Shown here one piece after another: positions 49,120-58,928 of a stretch of DNA of 61,424 nucleotides (position 1 is its first letter; every line of letters begins with the position of its first letter). This DNA is from an uncultured Verrucomicrobiales bacterium (GTDB taxonomy: Bacteria > Verrucomicrobiota > Verrucomicrobiia > Verrucomicrobiales > DEV007), in the NCBI GenBank assembly GCA_938091905.1, contig CALKOM010000036.1, positions 1 to 61,424 of the forward strand, in the 5' to 3' direction. A program made the position numbers and the translations under genes. Under the pieces are notes generated by a model. That model was not told the origin of the DNA. It made no database searches and saw only the letters and a program-made list of their open reading frames with translations.

Positions 49120-49780
49120 TAGTGTTTTCGTGAGCCTTTCAGCATACCAACGGATGAATTCGTAGGGGGCTTTTCTGGGCTGTCTTGATGGCCGCCAGGT
49201 GGGGGCGGGCGCGAGTGCCGATCTGTTCCAATCCCCGAATGGCGTAAATGCCTACGATGAAATCTGGGTCGTCAATAGAACTTGCGAGCAGCGGCGCCCC
49301 AACATGTACGACCCCCAATCAACAAAGTTGTAGTCCTGCTTGCCGCTCCGGCTGCGGCTAGAATTGGTTACATGGTAACCGGCCTCGCCAAACAGCGTGG
49401 GAATGGATTTCACCGGAAGCTCGTAACTCTCGTAGTGGGCCTTGTTACCGCTGCCCTTCCCAGAATCTCGTTGAGAGCGGTGATTGTGGGCACCGAGCGT
49501 GGTCTGAACCATGCCGGTGACCATGGCGGAACGGCTCGGGGAGCAGACGGGGCAGGTCACCACGGCATACTCATAGCGCACACCCTCTCTGGCCAATCGA
49601 TCGAGGTTGGGCGTCTCGATGGTGGTCTCACCGTAGAAACCAAGGTGCGGCGAGGCGTCTTCAACAACAATCCAAAGGATATTGGGGCGATGGCCATCGG
49701 CAGCGTTCTGAGCGGGCGCAGAATTCAACGGCATTGTTAGGGATATCAGGATGATCGGCGGGAAGGGTTTAATTATCTGC
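49120..49780 (-). pseudogene. Sulfatase with a large internal deletion (N-terminus joined to a C-terminal helical tail)
   Basis: RPNILWIVVED..CPVCSPSRSAMVTG..GKQDYNF, then in another frame GIYAIRGLEQIG.RARPHLAAIK.AQKSP/YEFIR. Confidence 0.75.
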
Positions 49781-49879
49781 CCTTCATAGTCCGACGTTTT
49801 AATCGACACACGAGAGAAATGATCTGTTTGGCGCCGCATTCGATTGCCTTGAATCGCTCTATTGCCGTTTAATGACGCC

Positions 49880-51646
49880 ATGTGCCATTTCAAACCAATC
49901 TGTATCGCCCTGGCTCTGGGTTTCACCTTGGTAGGATCTGCGGCGGCTCGTAGTCCCAATGTTGTTATCTTCCTAACAGACGACCAAGGCTGGGGCGATT
50001 TGAGTTTCAATGGGAACACCAATCTTTCGACTCCCAACGTGGATTCCCTAGCTCGAGACGGCGCGTGGTTTGAGAACTTCTACGTTTGCGCTGTTTGCGC
50101 ACCGACCCGTGCAGAGTTTCTGACTGGCCGTTATCATCCTCGAACCGGGGTCAGCGGCGTTAGTCGGGGCAGTGGCCGCTTGAACGCGGATGAAACGACG
50201 ATGGCTGATGTCTTCAAGTCAGCAGGCTACGCCACTGGCGCCTTCGGCAAATGGCACAACGGGACACAGTCCCCCTATCATCCCAACGACCGAGGTTTCG
50301 ATGAATTCTACGGCTTCACTTCAGGCCATTGGGGCCACTATTTCAGTCCACCGCTCGATCACAACGGTAAGAATGTCCGCGGCCAGGGCTACGTGGTTGA
50401 TGATTTCACGGACCACGCACTAAGATTTATCGAAGAGAATCACAACCAGCCATTCTTCTGTTATCTCCCTTACAACACACCGCATTCGCCAATGATGATC
50501 GGGGATGAGTTCTACGACAAGTTTAAGGAGCTTGATCCTGTCATGAAACATCGCGCCCCCGAGAAGGAGGACGTGATGATGACACGGGCTGCTTTAGCCA
50601 TGTGTGAGAATATCGATTGGAACGTGGGGCGCGTTCTCGAGAAACTCGATGAACTCGAATTGCGCGACGACACCATCGTGCTCTACTTTTCTGACAACGG
50701 CCCCAACTCCTGGCGTTGGAATGGTGGCATGAAGGGGCGCAAGGGCTCGGTCGATGAAGGTGGACTGCGTTCGCCGCTGCACATCCGCTGGCCTGCAAGA
50801 GTTAAATCTAACACTAAAGTTACTGGCGTTACTGCGGCTATTGATCTACTGCCAACGTTGATAGATATGGCTGGGATCGCGCTGAAGCCAGCCCAGCTAC
50901 TGGATGGCCGTAGCTTTGGCTCACTCCTTGGCGATGAATCCGCCAAGTTGCCTTCGCGAAACCTATTTAGCCAGTGGCGCGAGCGTGGAACCGTACGTAG
51001 TGAGCGCTTCCGGTTGGATGCTGACGGAAAGCTCTATGACATCAGTAATGATCGCGGGCAGAAAAATGATGTCTCTGCCAAGCACTCCGCAGAAGCCGCC
51101 CACTTACGCAAAGCCCTAGACGAGCACACGAAGGAAATGAACGCCGTGGCTGCGCCTTATGCCGATCGTCCCTTCACTGTCGGCTATGCCGAGTCGACCA
51201 CGCTACCTGCCCGCGATGGCGTGGCACACGGCAGCATCCAACGCAGCTCCAAAGCGCCGAACAACTCCTTCTTTCAGAACTGGATTAGCACGGATGACTC
51301 GATCACCTGGGACATCGAGGTCGGCCAAGAAGGATCGTACGATGCAACAGTCTATTATGCCTGTGCCGAGGGCGATGTTGGTGCGCACATGCAATTGTCC
51401 ACTGAGGGCGGTGACGATAGCTTGACCGAGAAGGTCGTCACCAAAGCTTTTGATCCGCCGCTCTACGATAAGTCCAAGGAGCGCGTGGAAAAATCGCATT
51501 ATTTTGTGAAGGACTTTACGCCTCTGCGAATGGATGGCCCTATCAAGCTCCCGAAAGGTCGCTCCTTACTCCGTTTGCGTGCGCTCAAGATCACTGGTCA
51601 GAGAGCCATTGATGTGCATTCCATCATCGTCACTCTCAGGCCTTAA
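49880..51646 (+). CDS. Arylsulfatase (S1, Cys-type) with C-terminal beta-sandwich extension
   Basis: [35 protein letters not shown]. Confidence 0.93.
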   Translation: MCHFKPICIALALGFTLVGSAAARSPNVVIFLTDDQGWGDLSFNGNTNLSTPNVDSLARDGAWFENFYVCAVCAPTRAEFLTGRYHPRTGVSGVSRGSGRLNADETTMADVFKSAGYATGAFGKWHNGTQSPYHPNDRGFDEFYGFTSGHWGHYFSPPLDHNGKNVRGQGYVVDDFTDHALRFIEENHNQPFFCYLPYNTPHSPMMIGDEFYDKFKELDPVMKHRAPEKEDVMMTRAALAMCENIDWNVGRVLEKLDELELRDDTIVLYFSDNGPNSWRWNGGMKGRKGSVDEGGLRSPLHIRWPARVKSNTKVTGVTAAIDLLPTLIDMAGIALKPAQLLDGRSFGSLLGDESAKLPSRNLFSQWRERGTVRSERFRLDADGKLYDISNDRGQKNDVSAKHSAEAAHLRKALDEHTKEMNAVAAPYADRPFTVGYAESTTLPARDGVAHGSIQRSSKAPNNSFFQNWISTDDSITWDIEVGQEGSYDATVYYACAEGDVGAHMQLSTEGGDDSLTEKVVTKAFDPPLYDKSKERVEKSHYFVKDFTPLRMDGPIKLPKGRSLLRLRALKITGQRAIDVHSIIVTLRP

Positions 51647-52467
51647 TTTCCTTTGTTGCAATGCCGATTGGCCGATCGAGCTGGTATTTGAGCGCACTTG
51701 AGTAGGGTCGTGAGGAGATCGCCTTGATTGTCTTTGGTATTGGGTAAAAAGCGACTGGTTTGAATTGAGCCACCTCCACGTCCGGCAACAATGAATTGAA
51801 GGTTCTTTCGCTCGTGCTTGTTGCCGTCCTCAAGACCCGACCCCCACATCATGATACAATTTTCGAGAAGCGTGCCATTGCCTTCTCGAAGGCTGTATAT
51901 CTTTTTCACCATGTAAGCGAACTGGGTAATATTGAAATCGTTGATTGCCGTGACTTTGCGAAAATTCTCTTCATCTTGGTTGTGGTGCCTGGTTGAGCGG
52001 TGTTTGTCCGTGAATCCCAGCTCGGGATAAGAAACGCCGTTCGGTTTGAATCCAATATAAGTGCTTATGCGTGTGGGGTCGGTCTGGAAGGCTAACACAT
52101 TGAGATCACACATCACCTGTATGTAATCACTTTGCTTGTCCCCAGAGGGAATCTTAATTTCGATCGTTGGCGAGTCTGCTTGGTCACGCTTTCTGGTGCT
52201 GGCTCTGGCCTTCTCCAGGGCCGCTTTTTCTGTCGATACTTGATGGCGGCGATTTGGCGTTCGACCGCGCGTATACTATCAAGATACTCGTCCAGCTTGT
52301 ATTGGTCCACCTGGGGCAACGTCCGTCGAAGGTCTTTCGCTCCACCAATGACGAGATCGAGCATCTACCGATCTAAAGGAATGGCTTGAGAGGATCGTGA
52401 TGCACTATCAGTGATGTAAAAGAGCCGGTTCATTATCGTCCTCGGACTGATCTCTGCTGTAATGGCG
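51643..52467 (-). pseudogene. DUF1552-family protein, C-terminal part, fragmented
   Basis: [61 protein letters not shown]; several frameshifts and stops. Confidence 0.8.
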
Positions 52468-52868
52468 CGTTGTTAGACGGCGAATGGCAAAAGGGCCGGG
52501 ATCCTTTGGACTCAGGTATTTGAGGCTGCCGATCCACTCGATGAAAACTGCTGGCGCTCTTTTTCCGTTGGGATCTTCGCGGCGTCGATCGGTGGCATTT
52601 TATGCGTCTTCGCATTCGCGACCGCCTTTTTCCGAATTATGAACGAGGAGGTATTGCCAGGGTTCTTGAGCGCCGACTTGAGGTTGATCCCGGCTTCGAG
52701 GCGAGGGGCGTGGCAGCGAATACAGTAATTAGTAACAAAGGGCTTCACGCCCTCCCTGAACGTGATTTCGGCATCCGCCTTGAGCGCTGCAAGATCAACC
52801 GCCTCCACACGTAGTGTGGCCAGGATGAGAAGTGGCGCTAAGGTTAGGATTTGTGTCGAAGTGTTCAT
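52468..52868 (-). pseudogene. Planctomycete cytochrome c (PSCyt1/DUF1587-type) protein, N-terminal remnant
   Basis: Signal peptide, VKPFVTNYCIRCH, KMPP, then [22 protein letters not shown]; truncated. ATG overlaps the upstream TGA. Confidence 0.8.
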
Positions 52869-55291
52869 CACTCAAGAATTGATAGGGTTTCAATCCAAAT
52901 CGGGCCTTTTCCAACTTCATATTGGCGGATCTTCGTCAGCGCACCAGATTCCTCGATTCGATAAGCGCCCAGGCGGGCATCGCCTTGGCCTGCCACATAC
53001 AAAAACTTGCCGAGTTTATCGATCGTGAACGACCTTGGAACGCGTTCACACGGATAGTGGCCAAGGAACGCTAGATGTCCTGTCTGAGGATCCACACGGA
53101 AGGCGACGATACTGTCTTCCCCGGTTGGCGCTCCGCGACTGGTCGTGTCGCGATTGGACACGTAAAGGAAACGCGCGTCAGGCGTCATGTGCAGGTCGGC
53201 CGTAGTGATGTTGCCTGGGAAACCTTCTGGATGGGTCACGATATTCTGAATCGAATTCAGCGTTCCCTTGTCCGTATCCCATTGCCAAACGCCAACGCCG
53301 GGCTGTTTGCGTTCGTTGGTGGTGTAGGCCAGCGAAAGATTGGGATGAAAGATCAAGTGTCGAGGTTGCCGCGCCTCATCGGCACCCGTAGGACCAGTAG
53401 CGAAGGGCGGTTCGTTCGGCTCTGCCGTTCCCACCTGGGCCATGAAGTGGTTAACGAAGACCTTGTTAGGACCTGTTGCCGGGACGAGCAGCCAGTGATT
53501 GTCCGGTGAGAACACTGCACTGTGTGCTCTTTTTTCCAGATCCAACGATTGAACCAACTCACCTTTATAAACGGGATCAATCTTCCAAATAGACGCCTTT
53601 CCAGGGCCATAGTGATTACCGGCAAGGAACTCGCCGTTGTTATCGGTCATAAGGTAGCCAGGCCGTTGCAAGACCTGCGCACGGTTGGCGAGTTCCAGTT
53701 TACCTCTCTTCCCAATTTGCAGCGTGGCAATTGCCGAGGATTGCTTTTCCCCATCTGGAGTCGCAGCCACGGCATACATTAACTTGCGATTGGGAGCGAA
53801 AGTAAATGGCCCTGCTCCGGCTAGAGGCAGTTCCTGAAGAAGCGACAGCTCACCACTTTCCTTGTTCACTTCAAACATTGTTAGCTGATCACCGGCGGCC
53901 AAATAGAGTCGCTGCTCGGAATCACGTGGATCTCCATCCCGCGGTGCAGGATCGGGATTGGGCATGTCTTTCAACACCGCAGCAAGACGCTGGCGTGCCT
54001 CACGGCTAGTATCAGTATCGGTGGAAGCAAGAATGGGCGTCTGTTCCAATTTGTCGTTAGGGACGTCATAAAGTTTGCCGTCGCTATAGAGCTTGTAGCG
54101 TTTGTCGCGCGCAAATCGGATCTTCCTGAACTGATCCTTGTCCCAGCCGGGCCGCGGGTCGTAATGACAGAATACCCACGGACGTACTCTATCAGCGTTG
54201 CCAAACAATTGAGGATAGAAACTGATGCCATCCAGATGGGCTTTATCAGTGATTGGATGCCCGGCAGCTTCCATCACCGTCGGTAGAAAGTCCGTTGAGT
54301 CGACGAGGTTATCATTGAGGCCAGGCGTGATCTTTCCCGTCCAACGAATCGTCAAGGGAACATGCGTGCCGGCGTCTGTGGTACGACCTTTGCCGCCGAC
54401 GACGGGGCCACTCGTGGTCTGCGACGTGATCTTCCGGTGGGTGCCATTGTCGCTGTAGAAGATGATCAGCGTGTCCTCACCAAGGCCTAGGTCATCGACC
54501 TGCTTGACGATACGGCCCACACACTTGTCCATGTAGGCAACCATGTCGGGGAAATGGCGAACGTGTTCGGTTTCATGAGCTTCCTTGTTCAACCAATCGG
54601 CACTGTCTGGGGTAGGTACGAACGGGCGGTGTGGCAGTGCCATCGCGTAATAGACAAAGAAGGGTTTCTTATCGTCCTTCTTCCGCTTGATGAAATCATT
54701 GATGAACTCGACCCAGTGATCTGGCCCGTACTTGCCCTTGAGTTCCTTCAAGAGCTCTCCGTTTTCGTAGAAGGTTGGATCGGCAAATCGCGAGCCTTTT
54801 TCTTCGGTGTGCCAAGCGTGAAAGAGACTGTATTCATCAAACCCCGCGTCAGCGACATTCATACCCTTGCCACGACGCAAATGGGATCCGGGATAGCTTG
54901 GCGGGTCGTAGCTTTGCAGTTGCCATTTCCCGGCGATGCACGTGCTGTATCCCGCCTCCTGCATATAGTGGCCAAACGTCTTCACTTTTGGGGCGAGCGT
55001 GCCGAAGTAGAGCCAATTCCGGTTGTTGTACTTGCCAGTCATTAACTGGACACGCGAATTCGTGCACAGTGGTTGGGCATAGGCGTGGCGAAACTTGATA
55101 CCTTGCGCCGCCAGCTGATCGATCGTTGGCGTCTTGTAGCTTGTTCCGCCATAACATCCAAAGCCCTCGACGCCGATGTCATCGGCCATGATGAGGATGA
55201 TGTTTGGACGGTCCTTGGCCCACACCGAGATGAGAGCACTTGCCAGAGCCAGGAAGACAAGAAATATGGGGCGGTGACGTGGTCGTTGCAT
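52868..55291 (-). CDS. Sulfatase fused to a 6-phosphogluconolactonase-like (Pgl) beta-propeller
   Basis: MADDIG, LCTNSRVQLMTG, AGKWQL, SDNGT; then RAHSAVFSPD, QPRHLIFHP, ADLHMTPDARFLYVSNR, PRSFTID. Confidence 0.88.
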   Translation of the reverse strand: MQRPRHRPIFLVFLALASALISVWAKDRPNIILIMADDIGVEGFGCYGGTSYKTPTIDQLAAQGIKFRHAYAQPLCTNSRVQLMTGKYNNRNWLYFGTLAPKVKTFGHYMQEAGYSTCIAGKWQLQSYDPPSYPGSHLRRGKGMNVADAGFDEYSLFHAWHTEEKGSRFADPTFYENGELLKELKGKYGPDHWVEFINDFIKRKKDDKKPFFVYYAMALPHRPFVPTPDSADWLNKEAHETEHVRHFPDMVAYMDKCVGRIVKQVDDLGLGEDTLIIFYSDNGTHRKITSQTTSGPVVGGKGRTTDAGTHVPLTIRWTGKITPGLNDNLVDSTDFLPTVMEAAGHPITDKAHLDGISFYPQLFGNADRVRPWVFCHYDPRPGWDKDQFRKIRFARDKRYKLYSDGKLYDVPNDKLEQTPILASTDTDTSREARQRLAAVLKDMPNPDPAPRDGDPRDSEQRLYLAAGDQLTMFEVNKESGELSLLQELPLAGAGPFTFAPNRKLMYAVAATPDGEKQSSAIATLQIGKRGKLELANRAQVLQRPGYLMTDNNGEFLAGNHYGPGKASIWKIDPVYKGELVQSLDLEKRAHSAVFSPDNHWLLVPATGPNKVFVNHFMAQVGTAEPNEPPFATGPTGADEARQPRHLIFHPNLSLAYTTNERKQPGVGVWQWDTDKGTLNSIQNIVTHPEGFPGNITTADLHMTPDARFLYVSNRDTTSRGAPTGEDSIVAFRVDPQTGHLAFLGHYPCERVPRSFTIDKLGKFLYVAGQGDARLGAYRIEESGALTKIRQYEVGKGPIWIETLSILE

Positions 55292-55506
55292 CAAGCCATT
55301 GAAAGACGAGCTTCTCGATTCGCCCAGTATTATCATTGTGGGAATCATCATTCACACCAATGCCAGTTAATTTAGAAGACCGATCAAGGTGACTCCTATT
55401 GTGTGAACGGATGCTGGCATCCAAGCTTTGGAGCCGTGCATCGGTGGGCGTAGGGATATTCAAGAACCTCAGAGCCATCACCATTACTTGGATTGCGATT
55501 TGACGC

Positions 55507-55530
55507 GAATGAACACGATTTCTTGCGGAA
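55507..55530 (+). repeat. 24-bp direct repeat, right copy
   Basis: GAATGAACACGATTTCTTGCGGAA. Confidence 0.85.
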
Positions 55531-55558
55531 CCCGATGTTCACGATTTAGAACTAGGGT

Positions 55559-58500
55559 ATGTATCGTCGCACGCTGGGTGTCTTTCTCGCTCTTGTAGCT
55601 ATCACAATTGGTAATGCTGCTCCCCCAGATCCTTCCGTTTTTGAAACGACGACCTGGGCAGAAGCTCCTCTGCTGACGAACCCGACGTCCATTTCCTTCG
55701 ATACCCAAGGCCGGCTCTACGTGGCGGAGACGGAGCGTCGAGCTGCCGTTGATGTCGACATTCGGTCCCACAAGCCGTGGATCATGGAAGACCTCGCCAA
55801 TCAATCCGTGGATGAGTTGAGAGCGTTCGTCCGACGCAAGTTTGCCCCGGAGAACAGCGAGGCGAATCGGAAGTGGCCAAAGGATTTAAACCGGGACGGA
55901 CGTCATGACTGGCATGATCTGAAGGAGATCACTGATACGCTGCGTGTATTAGAGGACACGGACGGCGATGGTATGGCGGACAAATCCACGCTCTTTGCTG
56001 ATGGTTTCAATGAAGAAATCACGGGCGTGGCTGAAGGTGTTCTTTGGCATGAAGGCGATGTCTACTACACCATCTTTCCCGATCTCTGGAAACTTCGCGA
56101 TACGGATGGCGACAGTATCGCCGACGAACGTGAGTCCATGTTTCGGGGATTCGGGGTGCATGCCGCGTTTGATGGTCATGATATTCACGGTTTGACGGTG
56201 GGACCCGATGGGATGCTCTATTTCTCAGTCGGCGACAATGGAACCTCTGTGATAACCAAGGAGGGCGAACGGCTTCATTATCCTAACCAAGGAGTCATCT
56301 TGCGTTGTCACTACGACGGAAGCGGGCTCGAAGTCTTTGCTTATGGATTACGTAATCCGCAGGAAATTGCCTTTGATGATTATGGCAACCTCTTTACCGT
56401 GGATAACGACGGGGACATGCGAGGCGAGCGGGAGCGCGTTGTTTATTTGGTGGAGGGAGGAGATTCCGGATGGCGTACGAATTGGCAGTTTCGGACCGAA
56501 GGCTGGTCGAAATATACCAAGCAGCCCACCTACAATCCCTGGATTGATGAACGGATGTGGGTGCCCCAGGAGCCTCGGCAGCCGGCCTACATCACGCCGC
56601 CACTAGCCAATTACTCGATTGGTCCGGGAGGCTTCAAATACCATCCTGGCATTGGCCTCAACGATGACTACCGAAATTTCTTCTTTCTCGTGCAGTTTCC
56701 AGCCGAGGTGGTAAGCGCGTTCCGCTTGGAGCCCAAAGGCGCTTCGTTTGAGATGGCGGATGAGCATCCTTTTCATGAGGGCCTGATGATTAGCGCTGTG
56801 CACTTTGGCAATGATGGCGCATTTTACATGGCGGATTGGGAGGGGAAATGGCAGCCAAACGACAAAGGCTCGATCAAGAAAGTCGATGACCCACGAGAGG
56901 TTGGCAGCCAACTTAGGAAAGAGTTAGAAGAACTTCTTGAAGCAGACCTGAAAGGAGCTTCGAGAGAAGAATGGCTAGGCTACCTTGGCTATCCCGATCA
57001 GCGAGTGAGGCAGCGCGCTCAGGCGCACGTGGTTCGTGAGAAACTGGCCGAACCGCTGATGCAGATCGCTGAGTCACAAGAAGCGAACCAACTGGCCCGC
57101 ATTCACGCACTCTGGGGGTTGCAACAACTGCGGGGCGAGGGCGTTGAGCACTTTCTCGAACGCCTGCCTTTCCAAGACTCCGACAGCGAGATCCAAGCTC
57201 AGTGTGGGAAAGTGGCCGGGAATCTGAAGCTCCAAGCCGCCGCGCCGTTCCTGACGGAGCAACTGAAGCATTCGTCTGGCCGGGTGAGGTTCTTCGCCGC
57301 CATCGCCCTGAGCAAGATGCAACCCGTCTACTCGCCAGCCTTTGAGGCTTTGGTAACAATGATCGAGGAGAACAACGGAGAGGACGCCTACCTGCGTCAC
57401 GCCGGAGCCATGGGGCTGCGTGCCTATGACACCACCTATGGATTGTTAGGGCATCCTTCTAAAGAAGTGCGTCTAGCTGCAGTGGTGGCCCTGCGCAAAG
57501 AGCGTGAATCAGCGGTTGCTGCGTTCCTGTGGGATAGCGAATCCGAGATTGTGGAAGAAGCGGCTCGTGCGATTCACGATGATTTCTCGATTCCTGAGGC
57601 CCTCCCTATGTTAGCCGCGACGCCGCCGACGACCAACGAAGGACTCACCCGTCGCATCCTCAATGCGAACTTGAGAGTTGGAAACAAAGTGGCTGCGCAG
57701 CGTCTCATCGATTATGCGCTCGATTCGGCGATGGCGCCTGCACTGCGGTTGGAGGCTGCGTTGTGTTTGGTCCATTGGAATGCCGATCCGTATCTCGACC
57801 GTGTCACTAGCCGAGTACGTACCCTCGGGAAACGTGAGCCACACGGGCGTCGCCTTCTTGAGCGGCACTGGCCTGTGCTCATGGCTTCGGCAGATCCAGA
57901 GCTTCTACGAGGGCTCACACAGTTGGCTGACCGGCATGCTTTGCCGGTTGATCTCCAACTGATCGAGGAGATTGCCATGAATGAGTCACGTTCTGCTAGT
58001 GTGCGTGCGCAGGCGTTGGAGCTTCTTCATGCTCGCGATTCTGCACAGATCACCAAAGCGTTGACCAACGCGCTGGCCAGCGATCAGGCCGCCCTTCGTA
58101 TCACTGCTCGGAGGCTGGCTGCCACCGTGAACGCGGAAGTCTTCTTTGACCACATCGTGCCCAGCTTAGAACGGATGACCCTGCCAGAGCAGCAGGCCTT
58201 GTACCAGGTGCTCGGTCAGACGGAGGACAGGCGTGCAGCTTTCGTTCTTCGAGAGGGTCTTGAAGCAGTCCTTGCCGGCAAGGCTTCCCCAGAGCTCCAT
58301 CTCGATATTATTGAAGCAGCCAAGAAACACGACGCCCTGAAAGACAGTGTCGCTACCTATGAGTCCAGCCTTTCCTCTAACGATCCTTTGGCTGCCTATC
58401 GAGTCGCGCTTCATGGTGGAAGCGCTGATCGAGGGCGTGAGATCGTCTATGAACACGTTAGTGCTCAGTGCCTTCGCTGTCACAACATTGATAGCGAAGA

Positions 58501-58837
58501 ACATCAGCTAGGCCCCAATCTAGGGGGCGTGGGGAAGCGGCTCAATCCCGAGCAATTGCTAGAGTCCCTTGTCTTTCCCAATGCAGCGATCGCCGATGGC
58601 TTTGAAATGGTTGCGCTCAAGCTCAAGAATCGCGCCGAAGCCATTGGGGGAACGGTGATCTCTGAGGATGACAATCGATTCGTCGTCGCTCAAGTGAATG
58701 GCGACCAGATGACTATCGACAAAGCGTCCGTGGTCGAAGAACAGCGTCTATCGGTTTCTTCTATGCCTCCGATGGTCGGCGTCCTCACCATGCCTGAGGT
58801 ACGAGATGCCGTTGCGTATCTGCAGACCTTGAAGTAG
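55559..58837 (+). CDS. PVC-type heme-binding protein: propeller, HEAT repeats and cytochrome c
   Basis: LEDTDGDG, GHDIHGL..GPDG, GLRNPQE; HEAT repeats; AQCLRCH, GPNL, SSMPP. Confidence 0.9.
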   Translation: MYRRTLGVFLALVAITIGNAAPPDPSVFETTTWAEAPLLTNPTSISFDTQGRLYVAETERRAAVDVDIRSHKPWIMEDLANQSVDELRAFVRRKFAPENSEANRKWPKDLNRDGRHDWHDLKEITDTLRVLEDTDGDGMADKSTLFADGFNEEITGVAEGVLWHEGDVYYTIFPDLWKLRDTDGDSIADERESMFRGFGVHAAFDGHDIHGLTVGPDGMLYFSVGDNGTSVITKEGERLHYPNQGVILRCHYDGSGLEVFAYGLRNPQEIAFDDYGNLFTVDNDGDMRGERERVVYLVEGGDSGWRTNWQFRTEGWSKYTKQPTYNPWIDERMWVPQEPRQPAYITPPLANYSIGPGGFKYHPGIGLNDDYRNFFFLVQFPAEVVSAFRLEPKGASFEMADEHPFHEGLMISAVHFGNDGAFYMADWEGKWQPNDKGSIKKVDDPREVGSQLRKELEELLEADLKGASREEWLGYLGYPDQRVRQRAQAHVVREKLAEPLMQIAESQEANQLARIHALWGLQQLRGEGVEHFLERLPFQDSDSEIQAQCGKVAGNLKLQAAAPFLTEQLKHSSGRVRFFAAIALSKMQPVYSPAFEALVTMIEENNGEDAYLRHAGAMGLRAYDTTYGLLGHPSKEVRLAAVVALRKERESAVAAFLWDSESEIVEEAARAIHDDFSIPEALPMLAATPPTTNEGLTRRILNANLRVGNKVAAQRLIDYALDSAMAPALRLEAALCLVHWNADPYLDRVTSRVRTLGKREPHGRRLLERHWPVLMASADPELLRGLTQLADRHALPVDLQLIEEIAMNESRSASVRAQALELLHARDSAQITKALTNALASDQAALRITARRLAATVNAEVFFDHIVPSLERMTLPEQQALYQVLGQTEDRRAAFVLREGLEAVLAGKASPELHLDIIEAAKKHDALKDSVATYESSLSSNDPLAAYRVALHGGSADRGREIVYEHVSAQCLRCHNIDSEEHQLGPNLGGVGKRLNPEQLLESLVFPNAAIADGFEMVALKLKNRAEAIGGTVISEDDNRFVVAQVNGDQMTIDKASVVEEQRLSVSSMPPMVGVLTMPEVRDAVAYLQTLK

Positions 58838-58928
58838 AGGGCGATGAGATCCAACCCGTCCCGATGACGGTGGAGAAATCGCTGCCTTCCACGCTTGAGG
58901 TCGAACTCCGAAGTCGGTAAGAAGACCC

